A stretch of DNA of 64,000 nucleotides, from the NCBI GenBank assembly GCA_019414425.1, contig DXMB01000001.1, positions 20,754 to 84,753 on the forward strand, given 5' to 3'. The notes beneath the pieces were generated by a model that was given only the letters and a program-made list of their open reading frames with translations, was not told the origin of the DNA and ran no database searches. This DNA is from Collinsella sp. (GTDB taxonomy: Bacteria > Actinomycetota > Coriobacteriia > Coriobacteriales > Coriobacteriaceae). This document shows, piece after piece, positions 48,635 to 56,724 of this stretch. The stretch's first letter is position 1, and each line of letters begins with the position of its first letter. The position numbers were made by a program, and so were the translations under genes.

Positions 48635-49572
48635 TGATTGCTCCCGGGGCAGGTCTTTCCGCCGTTGCGATCGTCGGTCCGACGGCGGTTGGTAAGAGTG
48701 ATGTTGCCGACCGTTTGGCAGCTCGTCTTTCGTCCGAAGTGCTGTCGTGCGATGCGATGCAAATCTATCGCGGCATGGACATCGGTACCGCAAAGATGGC
48801 GCCCGATGAGTGCACGGCGCCGCTGCGTCTCGTTGACATTGTAGAGCCGGGTGTGGCATATTCTGCTGCGCTTTATCAGGCTGACGCTCGCGCGCATGTT
48901 GAACGTCTCCTTGGTTCGGGTTGCCTGCCGGTTTTTTGCGGAGGTACGGGGCTGTATCTCAAGGCCGCCCTCGATGAGATGGACTTTCCCTCGGGTGAAC
49001 TTGAGGACGATCGTCGTGCGGGCTATCAGGAGCTTGCCGAGCGTATTGGCGAGGAAGAACTGCATGCCTTGCTTGCCGAGCGCGATCCAGAATCGGCTGC
49101 TGTTATTCATCCCCATAACGTGCGCCGTGTGATTCGTGCGCTCGAGATGCATGATGAAGGTATCTCCTATGCACAGAAAAAAAGTCAGTTTAGTGTTCCG
49201 CGCGAGCATTATCATGCGCTGTGGGTTGGCCTGACCCGTAATCGCGAGGTGCTCTACGAGCGCATTAACCTGCGCGTCAATCTGATGTTTGAGCAGGGTC
49301 TTGTTGATGAGGTCCGCGGTCTTATGGACCAGGGGCTGGGAGATGCCCTGACGTCGATGCAGGCAATTGGTTATAAAGAGATCATCGATGCTTTCAATGG
49401 CATGATGAGCATGGATGAGGCCCGCGAACTCATTAAGATGCGTTCGCGTCGTTATGCCAAGCGTCAGCTTTCGTGGTTTAAGCGCGATGACCGTATCGTG
49501 TGGTTTGATATGGATGAATGTACGATCGATGAGGTCGTTGAGGATATCCTGCATCGTATTGAGGCTGCCTAA
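48634..49572 (+). CDS. miaA: tRNA dimethylallyltransferase
   Basis: IVGPTAVGKSDVA...MQIYRGMDIGTAK. Start/stop overlap with miaB. Confidence 0.9.
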   Translation: MIAPGAGLSAVAIVGPTAVGKSDVADRLAARLSSEVLSCDAMQIYRGMDIGTAKMAPDECTAPLRLVDIVEPGVAYSAALYQADARAHVERLLGSGCLPVFCGGTGLYLKAALDEMDFPSGELEDDRRAGYQELAERIGEEELHALLAERDPESAAVIHPHNVRRVIRALEMHDEGISYAQKKSQFSVPREHYHALWVGLTRNREVLYERINLRVNLMFEQGLVDEVRGLMDQGLGDALTSMQAIGYKEIIDAFNGMMSMDEARELIKMRSRRYAKRQLSWFKRDDRIVWFDMDECTIDEVVEDILHRIEAA

Positions 49573-50861
49573 TGGCCCGTTTCCCCCTTGTTCCCACGGC
49601 ACCCGAGCCCGAGCGTGCCATTTTAGTTGGTGTTGAGTGGCGCGACAATGCATGGCCGCTCGATCGCTCGCTTGATGAGCTGGAGCGTCTTGCCCACACA
49701 GCTGGTGCCCAGTGCGTGGCACGCTTGTCGCAGCGTTTGGTAAAGCCGTATCCTAAATCGTTTATCGGTTCCGGTAAGGTAGAGGAGCTTTGCGGCCTGG
49801 TGCATCGCATGGATGCCGATGTCGTTATTTTTGACGACGACCTGACCCCCTCGCAGCAATCCTATTTGGAGAAAGCCGTGGGCGAGCCGGTAAAGATTAT
49901 CGATCGTACAGCACTGATCTTGGATATCTTTGGCCTGCATGCTCAGACGCGTGAGGGACGCCTGCAGGTACAGCTGGCACAGCTTCAATATTTGTTGCCT
50001 CGCCTGCGTGGCATGTGGAGCCATCTCGCCAAGGAGCAGACGCGCGGCGGCATCGGCTCACGTTTTGGTCAGGGCGAAAGTCAGCTCGAGGTCGACCGTC
50101 GCCTCATTCGTAATAAGATCGCTGCGCTTCGTCGTGAGCTCAAGCAGGTTGAACAGCGCCGCGTTGTTCAATCCAAGAGCCGCATTGAGTCACCGGCGTT
50201 TCGCGTCGCGTTAGCCGGTTATACCAATGCCGGTAAATCGACGTTGCTCAATCGTCTGACCGGCTCTACGGTACTTTCGCAGGACAAGTTGTTTGCTACG
50301 CTCGACCCGACGACGCGCTCGTATCGCCTGCCCGGCGGTCGCGGCATGACGATTACCGATACCGTCGGCTTTATTCAAAAACTGCCGCATGGTCTGGTCG
50401 ATGCCTTTAAATCGACGCTTTCCGAGGTGTTGGGTGCCGATCTAATTCTCAAAGTCGTAGATGCGTCTGACGAGGACTATGAGCGGCAGCTGGAGGCTGT
50501 CGACCGCGTGCTTGATGAGATCGGCGCCGGAGAGCGTTTAACGCTGACCGTATTCAATAAAATCGATCTTCTCGATAGCGTTGATCGATTGAGTTTCCGT
50601 CGTCGCTATCCGGAGGCCGTTCTGTTCTCGGCCCAAACGGGCGAGGGGCTCGACGATCTCGTCGATCGCATTGCTCGCGAGGCAGCTGCCACCGATGTGT
50701 TGCTCTCCGCTGATATCCCGTATCGCGAGGGCGCTCTCATCACGCTGGTGCATGAGCAGGGAACCCTTCTGCATGAGGAATATCTCGAGGACGGCGTTCG
50801 CATTGTGGTGAAGTTGCCGGCTCGTATTGCACCGCGGCTCGAGCGTTATCGCACCGAGTAG
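49572..50861 (+). CDS. hflX: GTPase HflX
   Basis: ...LQVQLAQLQYLLPRL... and G-domain GYTNAGKSTLLN, DTVGF, NKID. Confidence 0.9.
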   Translation: MARFPLVPTAPEPERAILVGVEWRDNAWPLDRSLDELERLAHTAGAQCVARLSQRLVKPYPKSFIGSGKVEELCGLVHRMDADVVIFDDDLTPSQQSYLEKAVGEPVKIIDRTALILDIFGLHAQTREGRLQVQLAQLQYLLPRLRGMWSHLAKEQTRGGIGSRFGQGESQLEVDRRLIRNKIAALRRELKQVEQRRVVQSKSRIESPAFRVALAGYTNAGKSTLLNRLTGSTVLSQDKLFATLDPTTRSYRLPGGRGMTITDTVGFIQKLPHGLVDAFKSTLSEVLGADLILKVVDASDEDYERQLEAVDRVLDEIGAGERLTLTVFNKIDLLDSVDRLSFRRRYPEAVLFSAQTGEGLDDLVDRIAREAAATDVLLSADIPYREGALITLVHEQGTLLHEEYLEDGVRIVVKLPARIAPRLERYRTE

Positions 50862-51550
50862 ACGAGCTCCAAAATGCCCAGAATGATGGGCTGATGCAGC
50901 AGATAAAAGGGGAGAGCGTGACGTCCAAGGCTGGCGAGCGCCGGCAGGGGGTTGGCGTAGGCCCAGCTAGGGACGGTCTTATCGATACTCTGCGCTATGT
51001 GTGCGGCGAAGTATCCTGCAAGATACATAAAGATAAACGGGATGATGGGGTAGTAATCACCTGAGACAAACCCAGGGCTCGGAAATCCCAGCCACGCCAG
51101 GTAGGGGACAGGGTAGATCGTTTTGGGGATGCTCCAGGTGAGGGCGAACAACACAAGGCATAGGGGCATGCCCCATCTCGCCGTTATCTTCTTAAGGACG
51201 GGATCGGTCAACGCCACGATGCCGGTGCATGCGGCCATGCAGTAGATGATGCCAAAATTAACCGAATCGTCGACTGAGACAAGTGTTGTTGCCAACCAGA
51301 CAACGAGTGCTGCTAAGGCGTATTTGGCGGCACGTTTGATATTGTTGCGCGAAAGAGTGCACATCCAACCCGCGATAAACAAAAATACCCAGCTGATGCT
51401 GGCGCGCCAGACGTCTTGAAAGACAGTCTGGGTAAACCAAGGCATATCCCAGCCGTACAGGTAGGCAAGATCATAGCAAGCGTGAAAACCTGCCATAGAA
51501 ATCATCGTAAACCCGCGGACGGTATCAAAGATGGTGATGCGTTTTTGCAT
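50846..51550 (-). CDS. DUF1624 / heparan-alpha-glucosaminide N-acetyltransferase-like membrane protein
   Basis: RITIFDTVRGFTMISMAGFHACYDL plus multiple TM helices. Its ATG overlaps the lexA stop (TAATG). Its 3' end overlaps the hflX 3' end by 16 nt (convergent). Confidence 0.7.
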   Translation of the reverse strand: MQKRITIFDTVRGFTMISMAGFHACYDLAYLYGWDMPWFTQTVFQDVWRASISWVFLFIAGWMCTLSRNNIKRAAKYALAALVVWLATTLVSVDDSVNFGIIYCMAACTGIVALTDPVLKKITARWGMPLCLVLFALTWSIPKTIYPVPYLAWLGFPSPGFVSGDYYPIIPFIFMYLAGYFAAHIAQSIDKTVPSWAYANPLPALASLGRHALPFYLLHQPIILGILELVYSVR

Positions 51551-52194
51551 TACGAGAACCGGCGCATCAAGCCGACGACTTTGCCCAGGATAACGGGATT
51601 CGTTGCATAGATAGGCTCCATGGTGTCATTCTCAGGCTGCAGGCGTACGCGTCCCTGCTCCTTGTAGAACGTCTTGACGGTCGCTGAACCATCGATCATG
51701 GCCACGACAATTTCGCCGTTCATGGCATTCTTTTGTTCACGGACGATGATGTAATCGCCATTGAAGATGCCGACATTGATCATTGAGCTCCCATGCACCT
51801 CAAGGATAAAGGAACCCTGATCAGTCGCGATTTCGGTCGGGATAGTAAAAGTGTCTTCGATATTCTGCTCGGCCAGAATGGGGATCCCAGCCGCGACGCG
51901 ACCAACGAGCGGTAGCGAGACCGTTCCGCGAGGGGCGGTGGGCTCGTCAGATTTAGAAATTGAGACAGAGGAACCGTCCTCGTTAAAGAGTTCCAGGGCG
52001 CGCGGTTTGGTGGCATCGCGCTTGAGTAGCCCTCGCGCCTCCAGGGCAGAGAGATGGGCGTGCACGGTGCTGGGGGAGGAAAGGCCCACGGCAGAAGCCA
52101 TCTCGCGCACGCTGGGCGGATAACCCTTCTCCTGCTGATATTCCTTGATGAAGTCGTAAATTTGCTGCTGACGCTTGGTAATTTTGCGAGCCAT
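51550..52194 (-). CDS. lexA: SOS repressor LexA
   Basis: MARKITKRQQQIYDFIKEYQQEKGYPPSVREMA... and S24 peptidase ...GSSM...IVVA..NGE.TVK. The ATG at 52194 follows AGAGGATG. The ORF-track start at 52224 is an extension. Confidence 0.9.
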   Translation of the reverse strand: MARKITKRQQQIYDFIKEYQQEKGYPPSVREMASAVGLSSPSTVHAHLSALEARGLLKRDATKPRALELFNEDGSSVSISKSDEPTAPRGTVSLPLVGRVAAGIPILAEQNIEDTFTIPTEIATDQGSFILEVHGSSMINVGIFNGDYIIVREQKNAMNGEIVVAMIDGSATVKTFYKEQGRVRLQPENDTMEPIYATNPVILGKVVGLMRRFS

Positions 52195-52217
52195 CAGGGC
52201 ATCCTCTCTACCCATGT

Positions 52218-52231
52218 CAAACAAATGTTCG
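52218..52231. promoter_or_regulatory. LexA box 1 (one mismatch)
   Basis: CAAACAAATGTTCG versus CGAAC-N4-GTTCG, 24 nt upstream of the lexA ATG. Confidence 0.55.
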
Positions 52232-52239
52232 AATTATGC

Positions 52240-52267
52240 TTGACAGGAACAACTGTTCGAAGATAAT
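52240..52267 (+). promoter_or_regulatory. promoter of the LysM gene (TTGACA-N16-GATAAT) with LexA box 2 inside the spacer
   Basis: TTGACA at 52240-52245, GGAACAACTGTTCG at 52246-52259, and GATAAT at 52262-52267. On the opposite strand, TTCGAA-N17-CATAAT could serve lexA. Confidence 0.65.
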
Positions 52268-52273
52268 AATAAC

Positions 52274-52287
52274 CGAACATTCGTTCT
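52274..52287. promoter_or_regulatory. LexA box 3
   Basis: CGAACATTCGTTCT, just downstream of the -10 of the LysM-gene promoter. Confidence 0.7.
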
Positions 52288-52354
52288 CGCGCTAGACATT
52301 TTTGTCCGCGCGGCTTGATAAAACTGTTCTCAGCAAAACACGCGAGAGGAGAAC

Positions 52355-52807
52355 ATGATGAACGTAACGAATATGGTCCAGGGAAACCTCGCCCTTAAGC
52401 TCGAGACGCCTGCAGAACCCACTTTTACGGTTGTTCAGGGTGGCCGCTCCGGCTTTCAGCCTTTGACCGTAAAGCCTGCGCGCAATCAGCAGGCTGTAGT
52501 CGCGCCGGCCCGCGTTGCCCTGAAGGTTCCGACGATTGTCGCCGTCGCCGTTGCGCTTACGCTCTTCTTTGTCCTCGCTACTTCGGTCTTTAGCGCTCGT
52601 CACGCCGCGTATGCCGAGTCCGTTTCCAACATTACTTACGAGACCATTCGCGTTCAGACTGGCGATTCTCTTTGGTCGCTTGCCGTGGAATATCCAATCG
52701 AAGGCCTTTCCACGCAAGAGACTTCCGACATGATCCGTAACGTCAATCATCTGGAGCATGGTTCGCTCGCCGCCGGTGCGCATCTTAAGGTTCCTGCTCG
52801 TTCGTAA
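52355..52807 (+). CDS. LysM-domain membrane protein, YneA/ChiZ-type candidate SOS cell-division inhibitor
   Basis: One TM helix (VAVAVALTLFFVLATSVF) plus C-terminal LysM (IRVQTGDSLWSLA...GAHLKVP). It is divergent from lexA behind LexA boxes. Confidence 0.7.
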   Translation: MMNVTNMVQGNLALKLETPAEPTFTVVQGGRSGFQPLTVKPARNQQAVVAPARVALKVPTIVAVAVALTLFFVLATSVFSARHAAYAESVSNITYETIRVQTGDSLWSLAVEYPIEGLSTQETSDMIRNVNHLEHGSLAAGAHLKVPARS

Positions 52808-52820
52808 TCATTATCGCGCT

Positions 52821-52864
52821 GCGCATGGTACCCTTGTTATCGTTTAAGAGGAGGTACCATGCGC
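52821..52864 (+). promoter_or_regulatory. 12-bp perfect inverted repeat enclosing the nrdR RBS and pairing over its start codon
   Basis: GCGCATGGTACC (52821-52832) pairs with GGTACCATGCGC (52853-52864). The loop contains AAGAGGAGG. The nrdR ATG is at 52859. Confidence 0.5.
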
Positions 52865-53302
52865 TGTCCCAAATGCGGCAAGGCACATACCCGCGTCGTT
52901 GATTCCCGTATGCAGGAGTCAAATAACACCATTAAGCGCCGTCGCGAATGTTGCTCGTGTAACTACCGCTTTACAACGTTCGAGCGATGCGAAGACCCAA
53001 TCGAGGTCATTAAGTCAGACGGAACCAAGCAGCGGTTCGATCGCAATAAGCTGCTCGTCGGCTTGATGCGCGCCACCATCAAGCGCGATATCGACACTAA
53101 GAAGCTCAATGAGATTATCGATGACATCGAGGTCGAGCTGCGCTCTCGCACACTGACGGCCGTCACGTCCCATGAGTTGGGTGACATGGTGCTCAAGCGC
53201 TTGGCCAAGATTGACAAGGTGGCGTACATCCGCTTTGCCTCGGTCTACCGCGATTTCAAAGACGTCGATGAGTTTCTGCAAGAGCTCGACAAGCTAAGGT
53301 GA
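52859..53302 (+). CDS. nrdR: transcriptional repressor NrdR
   Basis: MRCPKCG...VVDSR...[16 protein letters not shown] zinc ribbon plus ATP-cone. Confidence 0.95.
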   Translation: MRCPKCGKAHTRVVDSRMQESNNTIKRRRECCSCNYRFTTFERCEDPIEVIKSDGTKQRFDRNKLLVGLMRATIKRDIDTKKLNEIIDDIEVELRSRTLTAVTSHELGDMVLKRLAKIDKVAYIRFASVYRDFKDVDEFLQELDKLR

Positions 53303-53306
53303 TTCC

Positions 53307-53750
53307 ATGCCCAACATTACCGTCAACATAAAGCGTCTCGATCCCACCGTCGAGCTTCCCAAATACGCCCATCCCACTGATGCCGGCTTGGATTTGCGCT
53401 CCAACGAGGACTGCGTCCTGAAGCCCTTCGAACGCCGTCTGGTCTCTACGGGGCTGGCCATCGCCCTGCCCGACGGCTACGCCGGCTTCGTCCAGCCCCG
53501 CAGCGGCTTGGCCATCAAGCAGGGCCTGTCTATAGTCAATACGCCGGGCCTCATCGACGCCCACTACCGAGGGGAACTCAAGGTTATCCTCATCAACCTG
53601 GATCCCACCAACGACATCCAAATCAACAAAGGCGACCGCATAGCCCAACTCGTCATCCAAGAAGTCCCCACGGTCAACCTCATAGAAGTAGAAGAACTAG
53701 ACGAAACCGACCGAGGCAAAGGAGGCTTCGGCTCCAGCGGCATCGCTTAA
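53307..53750 (+). CDS. dut: dUTP diphosphatase
   Basis: AGLDLRS...PRSGLAIK...[11 protein letters not shown]...RIAQLV...[10 protein letters not shown]. Confidence 0.9.
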   Translation: MPNITVNIKRLDPTVELPKYAHPTDAGLDLRSNEDCVLKPFERRLVSTGLAIALPDGYAGFVQPRSGLAIKQGLSIVNTPGLIDAHYRGELKVILINLDPTNDIQINKGDRIAQLVIQEVPTVNLIEVEELDETDRGKGGFGSSGIA

Positions 53751-53772
53751 ACTCAATCGTCCGCTCACCAGT

Positions 53773-53834
53773 GGGAGGGGCCTATATATCATCCCGTGCT
53801 CAAACATTCTCGCGGGGGCGCTCGTATCCCTCCC
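53773..53834 (+). repeat. truncated foldback element F2-c (5' core half only)
   Basis: GGGAGGGGCCTATATATC followed by ATCCCGTGCTCAAACATTCTCGC (21/23 identical to the F2-a 5' core half), then GGGGGCGCTCGTATCCCTCCC. Its 3' end overlaps the left arm of F2-a. Confidence 0.6.
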
Positions 53835-53937
53835 GCCCGTCTCTCACACATATCATTCCATGCTCAAACATTCTCGCTTCGCTTCGCTCGCTGCGAAACT
53901 GCGCGTGGAACGATATGTGTGAGAGACGGGCGGGCGG
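53829..53937 (+). repeat. foldback element F2-a: 26-bp inverted arms (1 mismatch) around a 57-nt asymmetric core
   Basis: Arms at 53829-53854 and 53912-53937. The core is ATTCCATGCTCAAACATTCTCGC-TTCGCTTCGCTC-GCTGCGAAACTGCGCGTGGAAC. Confidence 0.85.
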
Positions 53938-53971
53938 CTACTCGCTTGAAAAAATTATTTACTCTTCTAAT

Positions 53972-54024
53972 AAGCCGATGCGATAAAGGGACACCTCCTT
54001 TGTCGCATCGGCTTACTGTTTTTA
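53972..54024 (+). terminator. rho-independent terminator between the two F2 elements
   Basis: AAGCCGATGCGATAAAGG / CCTTTGTCGCATCGGCTT forms an 18-bp stem (one G:U), followed by ACTGTTTTTA. Confidence 0.75.
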
Positions 54025-54095
54025 TATTTTCTGGTATCGCCTTAGCAGGTTCTAATGGTAGGGAATCTGGTGTAGCTGCTAGTGCGTAAACGTAG

Positions 54096-54197
54096 CTGCT
54101 CGGCGGGAGCCGTCCATATATCGTTCCACGCGCAGTTTCGCAGCGCAGCGAGAATGTTTGAGCATGGAATGATATATGGGCGGCTCCCGCCGAGCAG
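54096..54197 (-). repeat. foldback element F2-b: 27-bp inverted arms (1 mismatch) around the same core in opposite orientation
   Basis: Arms at 54096-54122 and 54171-54197. The 48-nt core is the reverse complement of the F2-a core, minus 9 nt of the central CGCT(T) microrepeat. Confidence 0.85.
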
Positions 54198-54211
54198 GGG
54201 ACAATCCAATG

Positions 54212-55513
54212 CTAGCGGATATGCGCAGGCTTGCCGCCCCAGTAGAAGCGGCAGAAGGCTCGTTTGCGCTTTTGGGGTTTGCCTACGAATTCCATGGTTG
54301 CGATGGCTATGTCTTCGGCTGCGTGGGGGCGGCGTAGAACTTCGCCGTTGATGAGCAGTGCCTTGAGCGACTCAGGATGATCGTGGAGATGGCGCAACGT
54401 CACGATGAGCTCTCGTGCGGTGGTGACATGCATGCTGGCGCCCATGCCGGTGAGCATGGTGGTGTTGGCCTTTTCCTGGCCATAGGACTTGCCCAGCAGG
54501 ATCATCGGCAGGTGTGCGCACAGGCATTCGGTGACGGTGAGTCCGCCCGATTTGAGAATTGCCAGGTCGCAGCCGTGCATAAGCGCTGCCATGTCGTCGA
54601 CATAGTCCAGCACCGTGACATTTTCGAGCTTCATGGCATCGAAGAGCGTCTTGAGGCGGGCGGCGTATTCCTTATCCTTGCCCGGCAAAAAGACAAAGTG
54701 CATGTCTTCGAAGCTGCGTAGGAAGGGGAGGGTGCGGTCCATCTCCGCGCGAAAGCGAACGTACGGTTGAGGCAAGCTGGCACCGGCCATTACCAGCACG
54801 ACGGTCTTGTCGGTGGGGAGGTTGAACTTAGCTAGCTCTTCCTCGCGATCGTAATCCGTGTCGAATCCGGCGCGAATAGGAATGCCGGTAATGCGAATCT
54901 TTGTCTCGAGCACCTTGCGCGGACGCAGCGTTTCGGCCATAAATTCGTTGGCAACACAGAATAAATCGGTGTCCTTGTGGGGCCACCATCCCTCGACTTC
55001 GTAGTCGGTCGGTACGCAGATGACCGGATAATCGATACCCGTAATTACGCGGGCGCCCACGGCAACATTGGCTGCTGTGATGTGCGTTGCAACCACGGCT
55101 ATGGGCCTGCGGCTACGAATATATTCGTTGAAGGCGGGGAACATAATTCGCGACCATGCCGTTCCGCCACCCCAGAGAAGATGTCCCGTAAGCGTATATC
55201 GCCAGGTCAGGTCGTAAATGGGGCGCGTGGCTCCCGTAAAAGAAGCCGCGGTTTTATTGCCGTCGAATTTAATACGTCCAAAATCAAGGATATCGATTAC
55301 TTCAATCTCAACGTCCTCGGGGATGCCATTGGTGCCGCGGATGAGGTCGAATGCCTGCGCAATCGCATTTGCGGCGGCCTTGTGGCCTGAGCCGACCGAG
55401 GCGTGCACGATGGTCACGAGAGGTTTTTGCTGAGCCAGGAGCGTGGTTTGCTCCGATTGGGGAGTGCTGTGCGTGAGCAGGGGAGCGTCGTCACTCGTCT
55501 GCGCCTGGTCCAT
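54212..55513 (-). CDS. GT28-type diacylglycerol glycosyltransferase (MGDG-synthase / UgtP-like)
   Basis: VTIVHASVGSGHKAAANAIAQAF... and C-terminal ...ILKSGGLTVTECL.... The ATG at 55513 follows GAAGGGGAG. Confidence 0.7.
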   Translation of the reverse strand: MDQAQTSDDAPLLTHSTPQSEQTTLLAQQKPLVTIVHASVGSGHKAAANAIAQAFDLIRGTNGIPEDVEIEVIDILDFGRIKFDGNKTAASFTGATRPIYDLTWRYTLTGHLLWGGGTAWSRIMFPAFNEYIRSRRPIAVVATHITAANVAVGARVITGIDYPVICVPTDYEVEGWWPHKDTDLFCVANEFMAETLRPRKVLETKIRITGIPIRAGFDTDYDREEELAKFNLPTDKTVVLVMAGASLPQPYVRFRAEMDRTLPFLRSFEDMHFVFLPGKDKEYAARLKTLFDAMKLENVTVLDYVDDMAALMHGCDLAILKSGGLTVTECLCAHLPMILLGKSYGQEKANTTMLTGMGASMHVTTARELIVTLRHLHDHPESLKALLINGEVLRRPHAAEDIAIATMEFVGKPQKRKRAFCRFYWGGKPAHIR

Positions 55514-55631
55514 CGATAACTCCCCTTCAGCTTTGTAATACGGATTTATCATTGTAGTGCATGAGTGTCACGTTCACGTAAATTTGGGTATGAGCGCAAA
55601 GAACGACAACGTTTCGACGAAAGGACGCTTC

Positions 55632-56570
55632 ATGACTACCGATAAGCCGATCGATGTTGCGATTATCGGTGGCGGCCCCGCTGGCTATGCTGCCGCCATT
55701 TATGCTGCGCGTGCCAACCTGACGACGACCGTGATTGAGCAGGGCATGTCGGGAGGGCAGATCGCCACAACCAATGAGGTCGAGAACTATCCGGGTTTCC
55801 CGCTCCTGAGTGGCGCCGAACTCGGCGAGCGTTTTCAGCAGCATGCAGAGGGCCTGGGAGCACAGGTTTCATGGAGCATGGTTACGGGTATCGATTACGA
55901 TGCCGATGCAGCGTTGTTTACGGTGCATCACGATATGGGCGATACGCTGGCCTCGAGCGTTATCGCTTGCATGGGTGCCACGCCGCGTCCGGCAGGTTTC
56001 GCAGGCGAGGATACGTATCGCGGTCGTGGCGTTTCATATTGCGCAACATGTGACGGCATGTTTTTCCGCGGCAAGCAGGTTTTTGTAATCGGTGGTGGCA
56101 ATTCGGCATGCGAAGAGGCGCTGTTCCTGTCCGACATTGCCAGCAGCGTGACCATCGTGCTGCGTCGCGATCAGTTCCGTGCACCCGAGGGCGTTGTGAG
56201 TAAGGTGCTTGTTAAGGACAATATTTCAGTTAGGTACCAAACTAGTATTGTTGAGCTTTCTGGTGAAGCGATGCCCACGACAATCACGTTCAAGGACAAT
56301 GCGACTGGTGAAATGCACACTGAGTCTTTTGAACCAGGCTCATTTGGCATTTTTGTCTTTACGGGGACGCAACCTCATACCGAACTTGTCGAGCATCTAG
56401 TCGATCTGGCTCCCGACGGCGGTATTGTTACCGATGATTCGATGGCCACCCGTACGCCCGGCTTATTCGCAGCTGGCGATATCCGTTCCAAGCGTTTACG
56501 CCAGGTTGTGACTGCCGTTTCTGACGGAGCCATAGCGGCAACCGGCGCATACGCTTTTCTACGCGGATAA
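55632..56570 (+). CDS. trxB: thioredoxin-disulfide reductase
   Basis: DVAIIGGGPAGYAAAIYAARA, redox centre CATCDG, and GGGNSACEEA. Confidence 0.9.
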   Translation: MTTDKPIDVAIIGGGPAGYAAAIYAARANLTTTVIEQGMSGGQIATTNEVENYPGFPLLSGAELGERFQQHAEGLGAQVSWSMVTGIDYDADAALFTVHHDMGDTLASSVIACMGATPRPAGFAGEDTYRGRGVSYCATCDGMFFRGKQVFVIGGGNSACEEALFLSDIASSVTIVLRRDQFRAPEGVVSKVLVKDNISVRYQTSIVELSGEAMPTTITFKDNATGEMHTESFEPGSFGIFVFTGTQPHTELVEHLVDLAPDGGIVTDDSMATRTPGLFAAGDIRSKRLRQVVTAVSDGAIAATGAYAFLRG

Positions 56571-56610
56571 GTACGATAATATATCTTATGTAAGGTTGCT
56601 ATATTCAAAC

Positions 56611-56654
56611 AAAGTGGTTGGACGATGCATCAATGTGTTGTCCAACCACTTTTA
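56611..56654 (+). terminator. terminator after trxB
   Basis: AAAGTGGTTGGAC / GTCCAACCACTTT forms a perfect 13-bp stem ending in a T-run. Confidence 0.75.
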
Positions 56655-56724
56655 CTTGCCGGCTATGTGGTATGCAAAACTAGATAACCTAGAATACAAT
56701 ATAGAAAATGAACGGAGGACCTTT

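Noticed and set aside
53771-54351. ORF-track entries 53771-53986, 53796-54089 and 54082-54351 in the dut-glycosyltransferase spacer.
   Set aside because: They are translations of the repeat elements and of the terminator. They have no RBS, are Arg/Ser/Cys-rich, and overlap each other in different frames.
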